From assembly GCA_963827655.1 (NCBI GenBank), contig CAWHCF010000003.1, positions 1 to 59,610 of the forward strand: DNA of 59,610 bases, in the 5' to 3' direction. Below are positions 49,952 to 59,379 of this stretch, in pieces. Positions within the stretch are counted from its first letter, which is position 1. Every line of letters starts with the position of its first letter. Source of the stretch: an uncultured Acidobacteriota bacterium. GTDB taxonomy: Bacteria; Acidobacteriota; UBA6911. Both the position numbers and the translations under genes were made by a program. The notes below the pieces were generated by a model. That model was not told the origin of the DNA, searched no databases, and saw only the letters and a list, made by a program, of their open reading frames with translations.

Positions 49952-52285
49952 TCATCTCTCCGTCGAACTGTAGTACTTGCAGTACCCGTCATAGGCGTAC
50001 TTCCATGATCCTTCGCTCTTCGGATTGCAATCGGTCAGAATGCTTCCGATCAACGGCGCTCCATCCTCGACCAACTGGTTACGGGCAGCCACGGCACTCT
50101 CTCGTGTGGTGCGTCCGGAACGCAGAACCAGAATGACAGCGTCCGCGAGCCGCGCGATCACACGCGCATCAGAAAGCGCCAACATCGGAGGACTGTCGAT
50201 CAGCACGGTGTCAAACTCGCCCCGGAAACGGCGCAAGAGGTGCGCCATGCGCGCCGAGCGAAGACCTCGCGAGACCGTGGAGGTTTGGCGGCCTCCGGGC
50301 AAAACACACAGATTATCAATGCTCGTGCCCCGCACCAGTCTCTCCAGAGGGTATTCATCGATGGGGCGCTCATCGTGCAACAGTTCGCTCAGGCCGTAAT
50401 CATTAGGGAGGTCGAAAATCCCATGAAGTCGCGGCTTGCGTAGATCGCCGTCGATCAGCAGGATACGGCCTGCCATCTGAGCCCATGTGATCGCCAGATT
50501 GCAGGCCGTGTTGGTCTTGCCCTCGGCGGGGTTTGGACTGGTAATCAGAACGACTGAGGGACACGACCCGGTCTCGGAAAAGATCACCGAAGTGAGGGCC
50601 CCAAAGAATGATTCGGCCATGAACGATGGCTTCTGTTGTGGCGTCACCAGCTCAATCCTGGTCCTGCGGTGTTGGGAATCGCCGTTGGCGCCCGCTTCAG
50701 GAAGCATCGCCAGGGTAACGGCTGGACTTCGATTGAAGAGGGACGATCTGAATGACGGAATCACACCGAGCTCGGGCAGATTCAAGAAGAGAGGCGCATC
50801 GCCAGGCTTGAAGGTGCCGTCAGCCCCTTCGCGCATGACCACGAAGCCGATACCGAAGAAAACGCCGATGAGCAGTCCCATTGACACGTTCAGAGTCACG
50901 TTCGGCTTGTAGGGTCCGTGGGGGGGCTTGGCCGGACCAACGATCCGGAGATTGCTGGCGCGCAAAGCCGAAGCGACGCCAGCCTCCTTCACCCTTTGCA
51001 GCATGCCGTCGTAGACCTGCCGGTTCGTTTCGGCCTCTCGGTTCAAAATGTTGTAGTGAATCGCTTTAGATGCCTGGTCCGCGACCACCTTGTTCTGTTT
51101 GTCGAATGTCTGTTCCAATAGCGCTTCACGAGTTTTGGCTCTGTGATATTCGTTACGGATGCGGGTCAGGATATTATCGCGCTGCTTTTCCAGAATGGAT
51201 TTCATCTCGGAAATCTGGGCTTGCAGGCGTTCGACTTTCGGATGCGCTGACGCAAGCGAAGCCGTCGCTTCAGCCAGCTGCCGATTGAGGTCTGCCAACT
51301 TGATCTGATAATCACGCAACGAAGCATCGTCGAGCACTTCGGGCAAGGTGTCAGGAGCACTGCTTGCAACCAGTTCAAGCCTTGCTTGTTTGGCCGCGCG
51401 GTCCGCGTACGCCCGCGAGATTTCCTCCTGAATTTGCTTCAGCTTGTCCTCAGCCATATTGCCCTGCTTCGACGTCAACTGTAACCCAGTCTTCTTGGCA
51501 TAGTTGTTGAGCTCGGCCTCCGATTGCTCCAGCTTACGCTTGGTGTCCTTCAGCTGGAGACCAAGCCATTCGCCAGTCTGCTGGTTGGTCCTCCAACGGC
51601 TTTCCAGATTCTCGTTGATGAACTCGGCCGCAAGCACATTGGCCAGATCAGCCGCGGTTTTCGGATCAGTCCAGTCGAACTGAATTTCAATAATGCGCGT
51701 CATGCCTGTGGCCCGTACCGTCAGGTTACCGGCGACCATCTCCAAGGCAGCATCCTTTGGTGAAACCGGCGCGCGAGTCGGCAAGCCCAGTCTATGGCGC
51801 CAGGTCAATCCGCCAGGATCGGGTTCGATTATCATCTCAGGTCTTTTGTCGAGTTGAAGCTTCTCGACTACTCGTTCCAGGAGCGAATCGCTCTGGATGA
51901 CTTTGACCTGGGTTTGAAGGTAGGAATCGGCAGAATAGTTAACTTGAGTCGGATCGACAGCACGCATGTTTAAGAAGTCTTCGTTCAGACTCTGTACTTC
52001 CAGCAACAGGCGAGACTGGTACCTGGGCGTTTGGCGTACCGCGAGCAGGAAGCCGGCAAGCCCGCCAGCCAGCGTAATACAGATGATCAAGAGCTTGCGT
52101 CGCTTCACAACCTTCCAGTAGCGGAGCAAGAGGTCAGAGCTCGAAACAGTCATAGGCCCCGGCATCGTTCTCGGATCGTTCGGCGCAGTCGACGCGGCAT
52201 TCCAAAGAGTCTCGGAAGCCCTTAGCTCTCCATGCGGAACTCTGCGAGCCGGTACTCCTGAAGGTGGAAGCCGATGGCGATTCAT
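49952..52285 (-). CDS. wzc: Wzc polysaccharide co-polymerase / BY-kinase
   Basis: Two TMs with a coiled-coil periplasmic region; TSPNPAEGKT, IDGDLR, IDSPP; Tyr-rich tail; AGGAGG RBS before 52285. Confidence 0.93.
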   Translation of the reverse strand: MNRHRLPPSGVPARRVPHGELRASETLWNAASTAPNDPRTMPGPMTVSSSDLLLRYWKVVKRRKLLIICITLAGGLAGFLLAVRQTPRYQSRLLLEVQSLNEDFLNMRAVDPTQVNYSADSYLQTQVKVIQSDSLLERVVEKLQLDKRPEMIIEPDPGGLTWRHRLGLPTRAPVSPKDAALEMVAGNLTVRATGMTRIIEIQFDWTDPKTAADLANVLAAEFINENLESRWRTNQQTGEWLGLQLKDTKRKLEQSEAELNNYAKKTGLQLTSKQGNMAEDKLKQIQEEISRAYADRAAKQARLELVASSAPDTLPEVLDDASLRDYQIKLADLNRQLAEATASLASAHPKVERLQAQISEMKSILEKQRDNILTRIRNEYHRAKTREALLEQTFDKQNKVVADQASKAIHYNILNREAETNRQVYDGMLQRVKEAGVASALRASNLRIVGPAKPPHGPYKPNVTLNVSMGLLIGVFFGIGFVVMREGADGTFKPGDAPLFLNLPELGVIPSFRSSLFNRSPAVTLAMLPEAGANGDSQHRRTRIELVTPQQKPSFMAESFFGALTSVIFSETGSCPSVVLITSPNPAEGKTNTACNLAITWAQMAGRILLIDGDLRKPRLHGIFDLPNDYGLSELLHDERPIDEYPLERLVRGTSIDNLCVLPGGRQTSTVSRGLRSARMAHLLRRFRGEFDTVLIDSPPMLALSDARVIARLADAVILVLRSGRTTRESAVAARNQLVEDGAPLIGSILTDCNPKSEGSWKYAYDGYCKYYSSTER

Positions 52286-52333
52286 GAGCCCTCCTGGTTT
52301 TTCATCCAATTCTTCCGCGCGGGCTGGCCCACA

Positions 52334-53416
52334 CTAGAATCCTCGAAAGATCACAAAGCCAGAGATGGTCTGGATCAGTGTCTCGATGGTACGGGCTGTT
52401 GCCTTTTTCGACGTGCTTTCGGGTATGAAAAGGATATCTTCAGGCTGCAGCGCGACGTCGGTCCCCTTACCGGAAAGCAGATGCTTCAGATTCACCGCGA
52501 TCTCTTGTCGCTGTGGATTACCGGATTGCGGGCGAAGGATCTTCGCGCCTTGAGACGATGCGGTGCGGTTCATGCCACCGGCTAACGAAAGTGCCTCGAG
52601 GACACTTATGCTATCACGGTCGTCCAGGACGAATCCGCCTGCTTTGACGACGTCCCCGAGGACATAAACCAATTTTGCGCGTGGAATCGAAAGAATGTCG
52701 TTAGGTCGGATTAGAATGTTCTCCTCAGGGTTACGTGCCTCCATCACTGCGCTCAGACTCACTTCCGCGACGCTGAACTCTCCAGTCGGATCGGTCGTCG
52801 CACTAGGAAGAGGAATTGGGCCCCATTGCAGTCGTCGCGAAATCTTGACCACAGGACCCGCGTCCTCTCGCAAACCTCCGGCCAGTGAAAGAATCTCGAC
52901 CAGGGTCTTTTGACCTCGCAGCTGTTGCACGCCCGGCGCCTTGACGGCGCCTATCACCGACACCGGCTGGCTTCGGTATTCGGCAATCCTCACGGCAACC
53001 TGAGGACGACGGAAATAGGGCTTGAGGAGCTCCGATAGCTCTGCTTGGAGCTGTTGCACGGTGATGCCCGCGGCGCGCACCCTCCCGGCAAATGGGAGAG
53101 TGACGTAGCCGCTGGTGTCGATCTCGACCGGCTTGTCGGTAATCTCCTCTGCGTCTCGCACCCAGACAGTAATTTGATCACTTGGTCCAAGTATGTACTC
53201 GGCGGGAATATCAGAAGCCGTTTCGACTGCGGCTGGCGTCTTTTGAGTCGGATTCGCAGGTCGCGTCTGATCGGCTAGAAGCAGTCCCAGTGTAAAGACC
53301 CCGAAGATGGCAAGTCTAACGATAGATCTGGCTAGGCTTTTAACGAGCATTTGTCTAACTCCAAACTGAGTCTCAAAAGCGGAACCCCGAGAAGTGTGGA
53401 AGTCCGAATTTCTCAT
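52334..53416 (-). CDS. wza: Wza/OPX polysaccharide export protein with SLBB domains
   Basis: YILGPSDQI, G.VTLPFAG, VIGAVKAPG, two SLBB repeats; the start may be 53350. Confidence 0.9.
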   Translation of the reverse strand: MRNSDFHTSRGSAFETQFGVRQMLVKSLARSIVRLAIFGVFTLGLLLADQTRPANPTQKTPAAVETASDIPAEYILGPSDQITVWVRDAEEITDKPVEIDTSGYVTLPFAGRVRAAGITVQQLQAELSELLKPYFRRPQVAVRIAEYRSQPVSVIGAVKAPGVQQLRGQKTLVEILSLAGGLREDAGPVVKISRRLQWGPIPLPSATTDPTGEFSVAEVSLSAVMEARNPEENILIRPNDILSIPRAKLVYVLGDVVKAGGFVLDDRDSISVLEALSLAGGMNRTASSQGAKILRPQSGNPQRQEIAVNLKHLLSGKGTDVALQPEDILFIPESTSKKATARTIETLIQTISGFVIFRGF

Positions 53417-54052
53417 CCGGTCAGCCCGTCGATGTCTGGTCCGCCAAGCGAGAAAAGAAATTCAACACCCGTTTTGCACGAGACTGAAGCTATACTCTTC
53501 TCGGCCGCGATTTGACTTATACCCAAACCACGGGCGAGACTTATTCCCAGTTTTCCAGCTTGACTGACGGGAGGGCGAGAGCAACGACAGGCGTTGCCGG
53601 TGCTGCGTGGAGATTTCTAAGAACCTAGACTATCGACGAGGGTTCATGAAGCATCCGAGCACGCCGAGTCACCAGGATCGAAGCAGAATCGTGAGCTGCA
53701 GGAAACTCAGCCGTGGCTTGGGTATTGCCAGTGCTGCAAAGCTACCGCAGCAAAAGTCCCATCCGAACTCTTTCCAGGGGGGCACTCAACTAGCCAATAA
53801 TCCTATATTGACGGGCGCCTTCTGTGCATCGTCCGTACCTCCCAATTTTTAGTGGCCTGATCTGAGGGTAATTGCCGGGTCTTATCATGGGCGGAAAAGG
53901 CCAGATAAGTCCTGTTGAATATCCTAGGCGCAACAGGCCACAGTTGTGCCTGAAAGGCAGCACCCCTTTTTTCAGGATTCCTAGGCGTCAAGTCGCGGAG
54001 TGCCGCCGCCTGGACGAGGCGCAAGCGGCCTGCGGAAAATCTGAGGCGGCCT

Positions 54053-54797
54053 CTATGCTGTGGCCTTTACTAATCTGTTGCGGTAAAGGAGAGAGATAAG
54101 CTTGAAGCGGCTGGACACTTCGAGCTTGTTAAAGATCGAAGTGAGGTGGTGCCGAACGGTCGTCTCGCTGATATAGAGGCGCTCGGCAATTTCCCTGTTC
54201 TTCAGTCCATTGCAAACCAGGGAAGCGATCTCGCTTTGTCGCTGCGTCAGCGAGGCAATCCTTTCAGGCTCCGAATCGAGCTTGTGGAGCCCTCCCGCGC
54301 GAGCTATGCCAACGATGACATTCGCGGTCAAAGTGCGATCAAGCCAGGCCTCGCCTGCATGCACCTTCTCGAGGGCCCGGCGCAACTCGTCGGTGGCTCT
54401 ATTCTTATGAACGAGACCAACGGCTCCCAGCCTTACGACGCGCTCGTGCATTTCCGAATCGCAGGATCCAGTAAGGACAACGATGCGCGCGAGCCAACGT
54501 CTTGCCAGAGAAGAAGTCAAAAGCGGAAAGAGCCTCCTCCCCATCGATATCCAGAAGCACGATGTCGGGTGGCTCGCTAGACGGCAGCCGCTCGAAATCG
54601 TCAGAGTTGCCTACTTCGCCGACGACTTTCACTCCAGGCCAGCTTTCGATCAACATCCTGATGCCCGCGCGCATGACAACGTGGTTGTGGACGAGCAGAA
54701 CCCTGATAGGCTGAACCACTCTAGGGGGAGTAGAAGTCGCCCTGGTCGACTTGCGCTTGCGTTCCAGGGTCTTCATGAGTGTCGAACCGGACTCCAC
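54053..54797 (-). CDS. NarL/LuxR-family response regulator (frameshift ~54510)
   Basis: Receiver IRVLLVHNH..PDIVLLD..IVVLT; HTH LTQRQSEI..GLKNREIAERLYISETTVRHHL. Confidence 0.88.
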
Positions 54798-55047
54798 CTC
54801 CTTTCAGCGGAGAATACATAGTAAGCAGGTTAATTTAAGATATCAGCACCTGCCATACATGTGACCTAAGATTTCGGGCCTCTGTATACCGCGTTTTCGG
54901 GCGGTGCGCCACGGAAAATTGCCACGCGTTCCGTCAGGAAGCCTGATCACGCTCATTTTGGTATTGATGCGGCCATGTCCAGAACAGGCCGCCGAGCCCC
55001 CTCTTGCGGGTGCCTTCCTCGACGCCAATTCCCCTGTTCAGGCCCTC

Positions 55048-55146
55048 TTACCTCACTACTCCGCCATTGTCATCCATGCGCGACAGGTTGGCTTCGATCT
55101 TCCGGACGTAGCCCAGCGTCTCCGTGTGGCGCCAGCGCGGAACCAG
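55048..55146 (-). pseudogene. Possible C-terminal remnant of a lytic transglycosylase (SLT)
   Basis: WRHTETLGYVRKI resembles the ETxxYVxKI SLT terminal motif; cut off upstream at a REP-like GGAGTGCGGTAGCTTGC. Confidence 0.35.
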
Positions 55147-55277
55147 CAAGCTACCGCACTCCAAGGCCGCGCCCCCCGCGGTCAGGGCCTGGTTAGCGAC
55201 ACAGATGTTGCAAAAATCGAAGGCAGGCTGAGACCTGGAACGACAAATCGTCAATCGTCAATCGAGATGGCACGATC

Positions 55278-55292
55278 TGTTACAATCTGCCC
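55278..55292 (+). promoter_or_regulatory. Extended -10 promoter implying a leaderless transcript
   Basis: TGtTACAAT 6 nt before ATG 55293; no SD. Confidence 0.55.
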
Positions 55293-56975
55293 ATGACGCC
55301 GGCTGTCCTTCACCTCCATACCTATTTTCTTTTTCCATTTTCCATCAACAGAGAAGCTGCTTCGCTCGGCCATGGCGAGGAGTGGAAGGGTGAGCGGTAC
55401 TGGATCAACGGGCTGGACCGGTGCATCGCAGCCTACGGCGCGCCGGAGCGCTGCGGCACGATCGGACGCCTGGGTTACTGGCAGCGCGCCCCGTACGCCA
55501 GGTCAGACATGGAGTCGCCCGGCTACCAGGACATGGTGTTCTTCCATCCTTTCGTGCGCCGCATCTTTTTTGATACCGAAGATCAATCCGGCTCGGCTGG
55601 AAGCCGCGAAGCTTTGATTCGGTGCTACCGGATCCCGCTCGACGGCCGCCGGGTTTTCTACAAGGCCGAAGACACGCGCGAGCGGCGCGGCTGCGTCCAG
55701 GTAACCGACCTCCGTTTGTACCTGTTCGCTAACGGGATGGGAATCCTTTCGCTAGGAGTGGAGGCATCGAATCTTTCGGCTAAAGATGCGCTGTGGATCA
55801 ACGAGGCAATGCGCAAGATTTACCCATCGAGCGGCCGGCAGCTGCGCGAGGGGCGCGCGCCACATCGCTTCTGGCTGACAATCGAGCAGGACGGGCGCGA
55901 AGAGACCATCATCGAGGAGGGCTTTGACAAGTGCCGCATGATAGGCTTCCAGCCGCCGCTTTCGGCCATCATCCGATCCCTAATCTATTTTCTCAATTAC
56001 GACAAATATGAGTACGAGCAACTCCTGGACGAGCGGATGATCGTTTATTCCTACCTGACGATCGATCCTTCGACCGTCCCGGCGGACTTCATCGGCTCCG
56101 AAAGATGTCAGGTCTTGCTGAGCCGTTTCCTCTACGTAGACAACCTGAGCGACAACTACCGGTATGAGCCGGACTTTACGCGCGAGCAGATGAACGCGCA
56201 CGTCTACCGCCGCTGGGCGCACGAGGGCACTTACTACGGGTTTACCAGCTACAGCAATGTCACGCTGGCCCTGGGCGTCTACGACCGCGGCGAGCATGTC
56301 AGCCAGGAAGGTTTCCTGATTCATCGGATGTTCGACACCCGGTATTATCTGATGGCGATTGTCGCCCTCTTTTACCGCGCCTGTCTGCTCGATTTCGCGC
56401 AGAAAACCGCCCTGGTCTCGCGCCGGCTGTATCGCGACCAGGAGGGCGGCGCCATCTCGCGCGACAACATCGAGATCGCCAACGCCCTGCGCGCCGAGTT
56501 CCTCCATTTTTCGAACTACTGGTACTTCGAGGAACTGGCCAACAAGGACGAGGAGATCGAACACTTTGATCTGCAGTGCCGCGCCTACCGCATCGGGGCT
56601 ATGCGCGCCGAGGTCGAGCAGGAAATTGAAAAACTGAACGCGTCGCTATTCGAGTATCACCAGCGGCGCAGCACCGAAGCGGTCAACCGTCTCGCCCTGG
56701 TAAGCATCGTCTTCGGTTTCGGCGCGGTGGTGACCGGATTCTTCGGCATGAACTTCGCCGGGCATTTCGAGCAGCTCTTCTTCAACCCCGAAGCCGGCTC
56801 GGCCACGACGCATTACCTGGCCCTGATCGCGGTCTCGTTACTGGCGCTCGGGGCTCTGGCCTTCGGCGCCTATCTGATCGCCTCCCACCCCGCCGACTAC
56901 CGCGACATCCTGCTACGCCTGCGCAAGAAAACCCGCCGGCGTTTCCGCTGGTTCCACTTGAAAAAATCCCTCTAG
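55293..56975 (+). CDS. Large CorA-like membrane protein (atypical, CRISPR-effector-like subfamily)
   Basis: C-terminal two TMs with GFFGMNF; ~460-aa soluble N-terminus with YFLFPF, LDERM, YRRW..GTYYG. Confidence 0.75.
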   Translation: MTPAVLHLHTYFLFPFSINREAASLGHGEEWKGERYWINGLDRCIAAYGAPERCGTIGRLGYWQRAPYARSDMESPGYQDMVFFHPFVRRIFFDTEDQSGSAGSREALIRCYRIPLDGRRVFYKAEDTRERRGCVQVTDLRLYLFANGMGILSLGVEASNLSAKDALWINEAMRKIYPSSGRQLREGRAPHRFWLTIEQDGREETIIEEGFDKCRMIGFQPPLSAIIRSLIYFLNYDKYEYEQLLDERMIVYSYLTIDPSTVPADFIGSERCQVLLSRFLYVDNLSDNYRYEPDFTREQMNAHVYRRWAHEGTYYGFTSYSNVTLALGVYDRGEHVSQEGFLIHRMFDTRYYLMAIVALFYRACLLDFAQKTALVSRRLYRDQEGGAISRDNIEIANALRAEFLHFSNYWYFEELANKDEEIEHFDLQCRAYRIGAMRAEVEQEIEKLNASLFEYHQRRSTEAVNRLALVSIVFGFGAVVTGFFGMNFAGHFEQLFFNPEAGSATTHYLALIAVSLLALGALAFGAYLIASHPADYRDILLRLRKKTRRRFRWFHLKKSL

Positions 56976-57251
56976 CGACCGCCAGTCGACTTGCCGCGTA
57001 CGGCGCCGTCCGAGCTTCCGTTCCGACAACTCATCTCCCGCGGGATCACGGGTGGGCGGCGGGCAACTGGAGCTGGAGCCGGCTCCCAGCCCATTTTCGA
57101 CAAGGTTGAACATCAAACCGGCTATGTGCTATTTTCGTCTCGGAGTCACCCCCCTGAATCACCCGTTCGATCCCCCCAAAAGCATAATGCGATCTTCGAC
57201 AAGGCAAGTACGTCGAGGCAACGTCAACCATCCCATGAGGAGGTATCCAAG

Positions 57252-57680
57252 ATGGCGGACCAACTGGAACAACTCAAAAGCAAATATGCAACCGCCCTTC
57301 GCCTGCTGGAGCAGGTCGGGATCCGGCTCCAGAATCTGCATATGCAGGATAACAAGCTTTTTCTCCGAGGCGAGGCGCCGAGTCAGGACGCGAAGAACAA
57401 GTTCTTTAATCAGGTCAAGTTGATCGATCCAAGCTATGCGGACCTCACGGCCGACATAACCGTTTCGGCGGCGGCGCAGGCAGCTTCGGCGGCGGCTCCC
57501 AAGGAGGCTCCCAAGGCCACGACCTACACGGTTCAGAAAGGAGACACCCTTTCGAAGATTTCCAAACAAGCCTATGGTGACGCCGGTCAGTACATGAAGA
57601 TCTTCAGCGCCAATCGCGACCAGCTCAGCGACCCCGACAAGATCCAGGTCGGACAGGTGCTGAAAATCCCGGCAGCCTGA
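57252..57680 (+). CDS. BON-like + LysM protein (Kbp/YgaU-like)
   Basis: GAGGAGG RBS; no signal peptide; YTVQKGDTLSKI..IFSANR..PDKIQVGQVLKIP. Confidence 0.85.
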   Translation: MADQLEQLKSKYATALRLLEQVGIRLQNLHMQDNKLFLRGEAPSQDAKNKFFNQVKLIDPSYADLTADITVSAAAQAASAAAPKEAPKATTYTVQKGDTLSKISKQAYGDAGQYMKIFSANRDQLSDPDKIQVGQVLKIPAA

Positions 57681-57697
57681 TCTCGCTGCAGATTCGA

Positions 57698-57770
57698 GCT
57701 TTTTAGCGTCTTCGTGTCGTCGTGATATGCAAATAAGCCACCACTGAGATACGAAGACGCCAGGAACAGC
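57698..57770. repeat. Octamer repeat element, inverted arm pair (degenerate)
   Basis: TTTTTAGCGTCTTCGTGTCGTCGTGAT ... CACCACTGAGATACGAAGACGCCAGGAAC. Confidence 0.7.
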
Positions 57771-58099
57771 GCGGCCGTTCGCCCGTTCAGCGCTCCACTG
57801 AACTAACTCCCGCGATTACTACGGCGGCCAGACGATGTCTTTGTTCTTATAGTAGTTCCCCATCTGCGGATGTTGATGCAGGTGAGTCTTAAGGTAATCA
57901 CTCAAGTCAGAAGCAATGCAAGGAATTCGGAGTCTTCCTCGAGCCCGGAAAGGCGCTTACTGCACCTATCCACTATCTCGGTTCACTGAGCCGCAAGCTC
58001 GAGGCGCTGTGCGGCTTCAACGCGTCAATTCCAGGCGCTACTGGTACGGTGCTCGAACGCGCTCCATGCGCGTACGGCCGAATCCGGGAGGTCGACGGC

Positions 58100-58430
58100 A
58101 CGGCATGGCCAACTTACAACTCCCTCAGGGTGCACGTGCAGAGGCGGGTTTCGTCCGGCCTGACTTATCTTTTTGGCTACGCATGGTCGCACTCGATGGA
58201 GAAGGCGAACGCAACCACGGCGGTGATAGGTTCCTCCCGCAGAACAGTTCCAACCTGGCGGCGAAACATGCGCCTTCCAGCTTTCAACACGACCCACCGT
58301 ACCGTCACATGGGTCTTATACGCGGGTCTTATACTTGTTGAGCTGTGGCAAGGGCGGCAATTCCTAAATCGGCGTGGGGTGATCGACGGATTCCTTGGCG
58401 GCTGGCAGCTCGGCTCGATCCCTAACTTAC
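58100..58430 (+). pseudogene. Degraded internal fragment of an Oar-like TonB-dependent receptor
   Basis: TYNSLRVHVQRRVSSGLTYLFGYAWSHSM and GRQFLN..GFLGGWQLGSI. Confidence 0.65.
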
Positions 58431-58571
58431 ACGGCGGCGATCCGAACCCGCCAGCCGACGTGGTGCCGGCGCCCAAAGCGCCAAGATGTCCGGCCTCGCC
58501 GAGGACCGCCCGGCCCGCGCAGGACCGGCTGCCCGGCTCCGCCCGGCGGGCAGCCCCGGTGGGGTCGGCAC

Positions 58572-59293
58572 ATGATCTCCGAACGGCTGTACCGCAGGTT
58601 TTACCCGGATGAGCGGCTGAGCGGGACGCTCGCATTCTACCGCTGGGTCCGGAGTGCCGTGACCTCGCGGACCCAGCTCCTCAATGTCGGGGCCGGCCCC
58701 CCGACACGCGACGCGACGCGCATCCTGAAAGGCGAGGTCGCGCGGGTCGTGGGGATCGACATCGATCCGGTCGTGCTGGACAACGGCGAGCTCGACGAGG
58801 CCCACCTTATCCGCGGCGATACCTTCCCAGTCCCGGACGCGAGCTTCGACGTGGTCGTCGGGCCGACTACGTCCTGGAGCACGTCGAGAGGCCGCTGACC
58901 TTCCTGTCCGAGGTTCATCGCGTGCTGCAGCCCGGTGGGAGCTTTTTCTTCCGAACTCCGAATCTCTTCCACTATGTCGCCTTGATCTCGCGCATGACCC
59001 CGCATCGGTTCCACCTGCTCGTGGCCAACCCCGCGCGGGGCCTCCCCGTGGACGCCCACGAGCCGTGGCTGGTCTTCTACCGTATAAACTCCGCCCGCCG
59101 TGTCGCGCGTGAGTCGCGGCGCGCAGGATTCGCCTCCTGCGAGCTGATCGCGCGGGAGGCGGAGCCGTCCTACCTGCTATTCCACGCGGTGCCGTTCCTG
59201 ATGGGAGTGGTCTACGAGCGCGCGGTGAACCGCTGCTCCTGGCTGGCTCGTTTCCGGGCCAACCTCTTCGGCCGTCTCGTCAAGGCCGGCTGA
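58572..59293 (+). CDS. Class I SAM-dependent methyltransferase (frameshift ~58862)
   Basis: LLNVGAG, VVGIDID, FPVPDASFD..DYVLEH..VLQPGG..TPN. Confidence 0.85.
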
Positions 59294-59379
59294 GGCGTGC
59301 GCCCCGCCGACCGAGCTTGATTTTGCGGGTTTTCGAGCCAACAGGAACTGAATGTCCCCGGCGGCGGTCTCGCGCCTAT

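Noticed and set aside
53725-53760. ops/JUMPStart-like CTGCGGTAGC upstream of wza
   Set aside because: Only a partial match to GGCGGTAG, without the rest of the JUMPStart element.
55269-55285. Sigma54 promoter TGGCACG upstream of the CorA-like gene
   Set aside because: The -12 TTGC is absent; an extended -10 fits better.
57809-57960. Minus-strand peptide ending ..GNYYKNKDIVWPP**
   Set aside because: It looks like a gene tail but has no start and no recognisable family.
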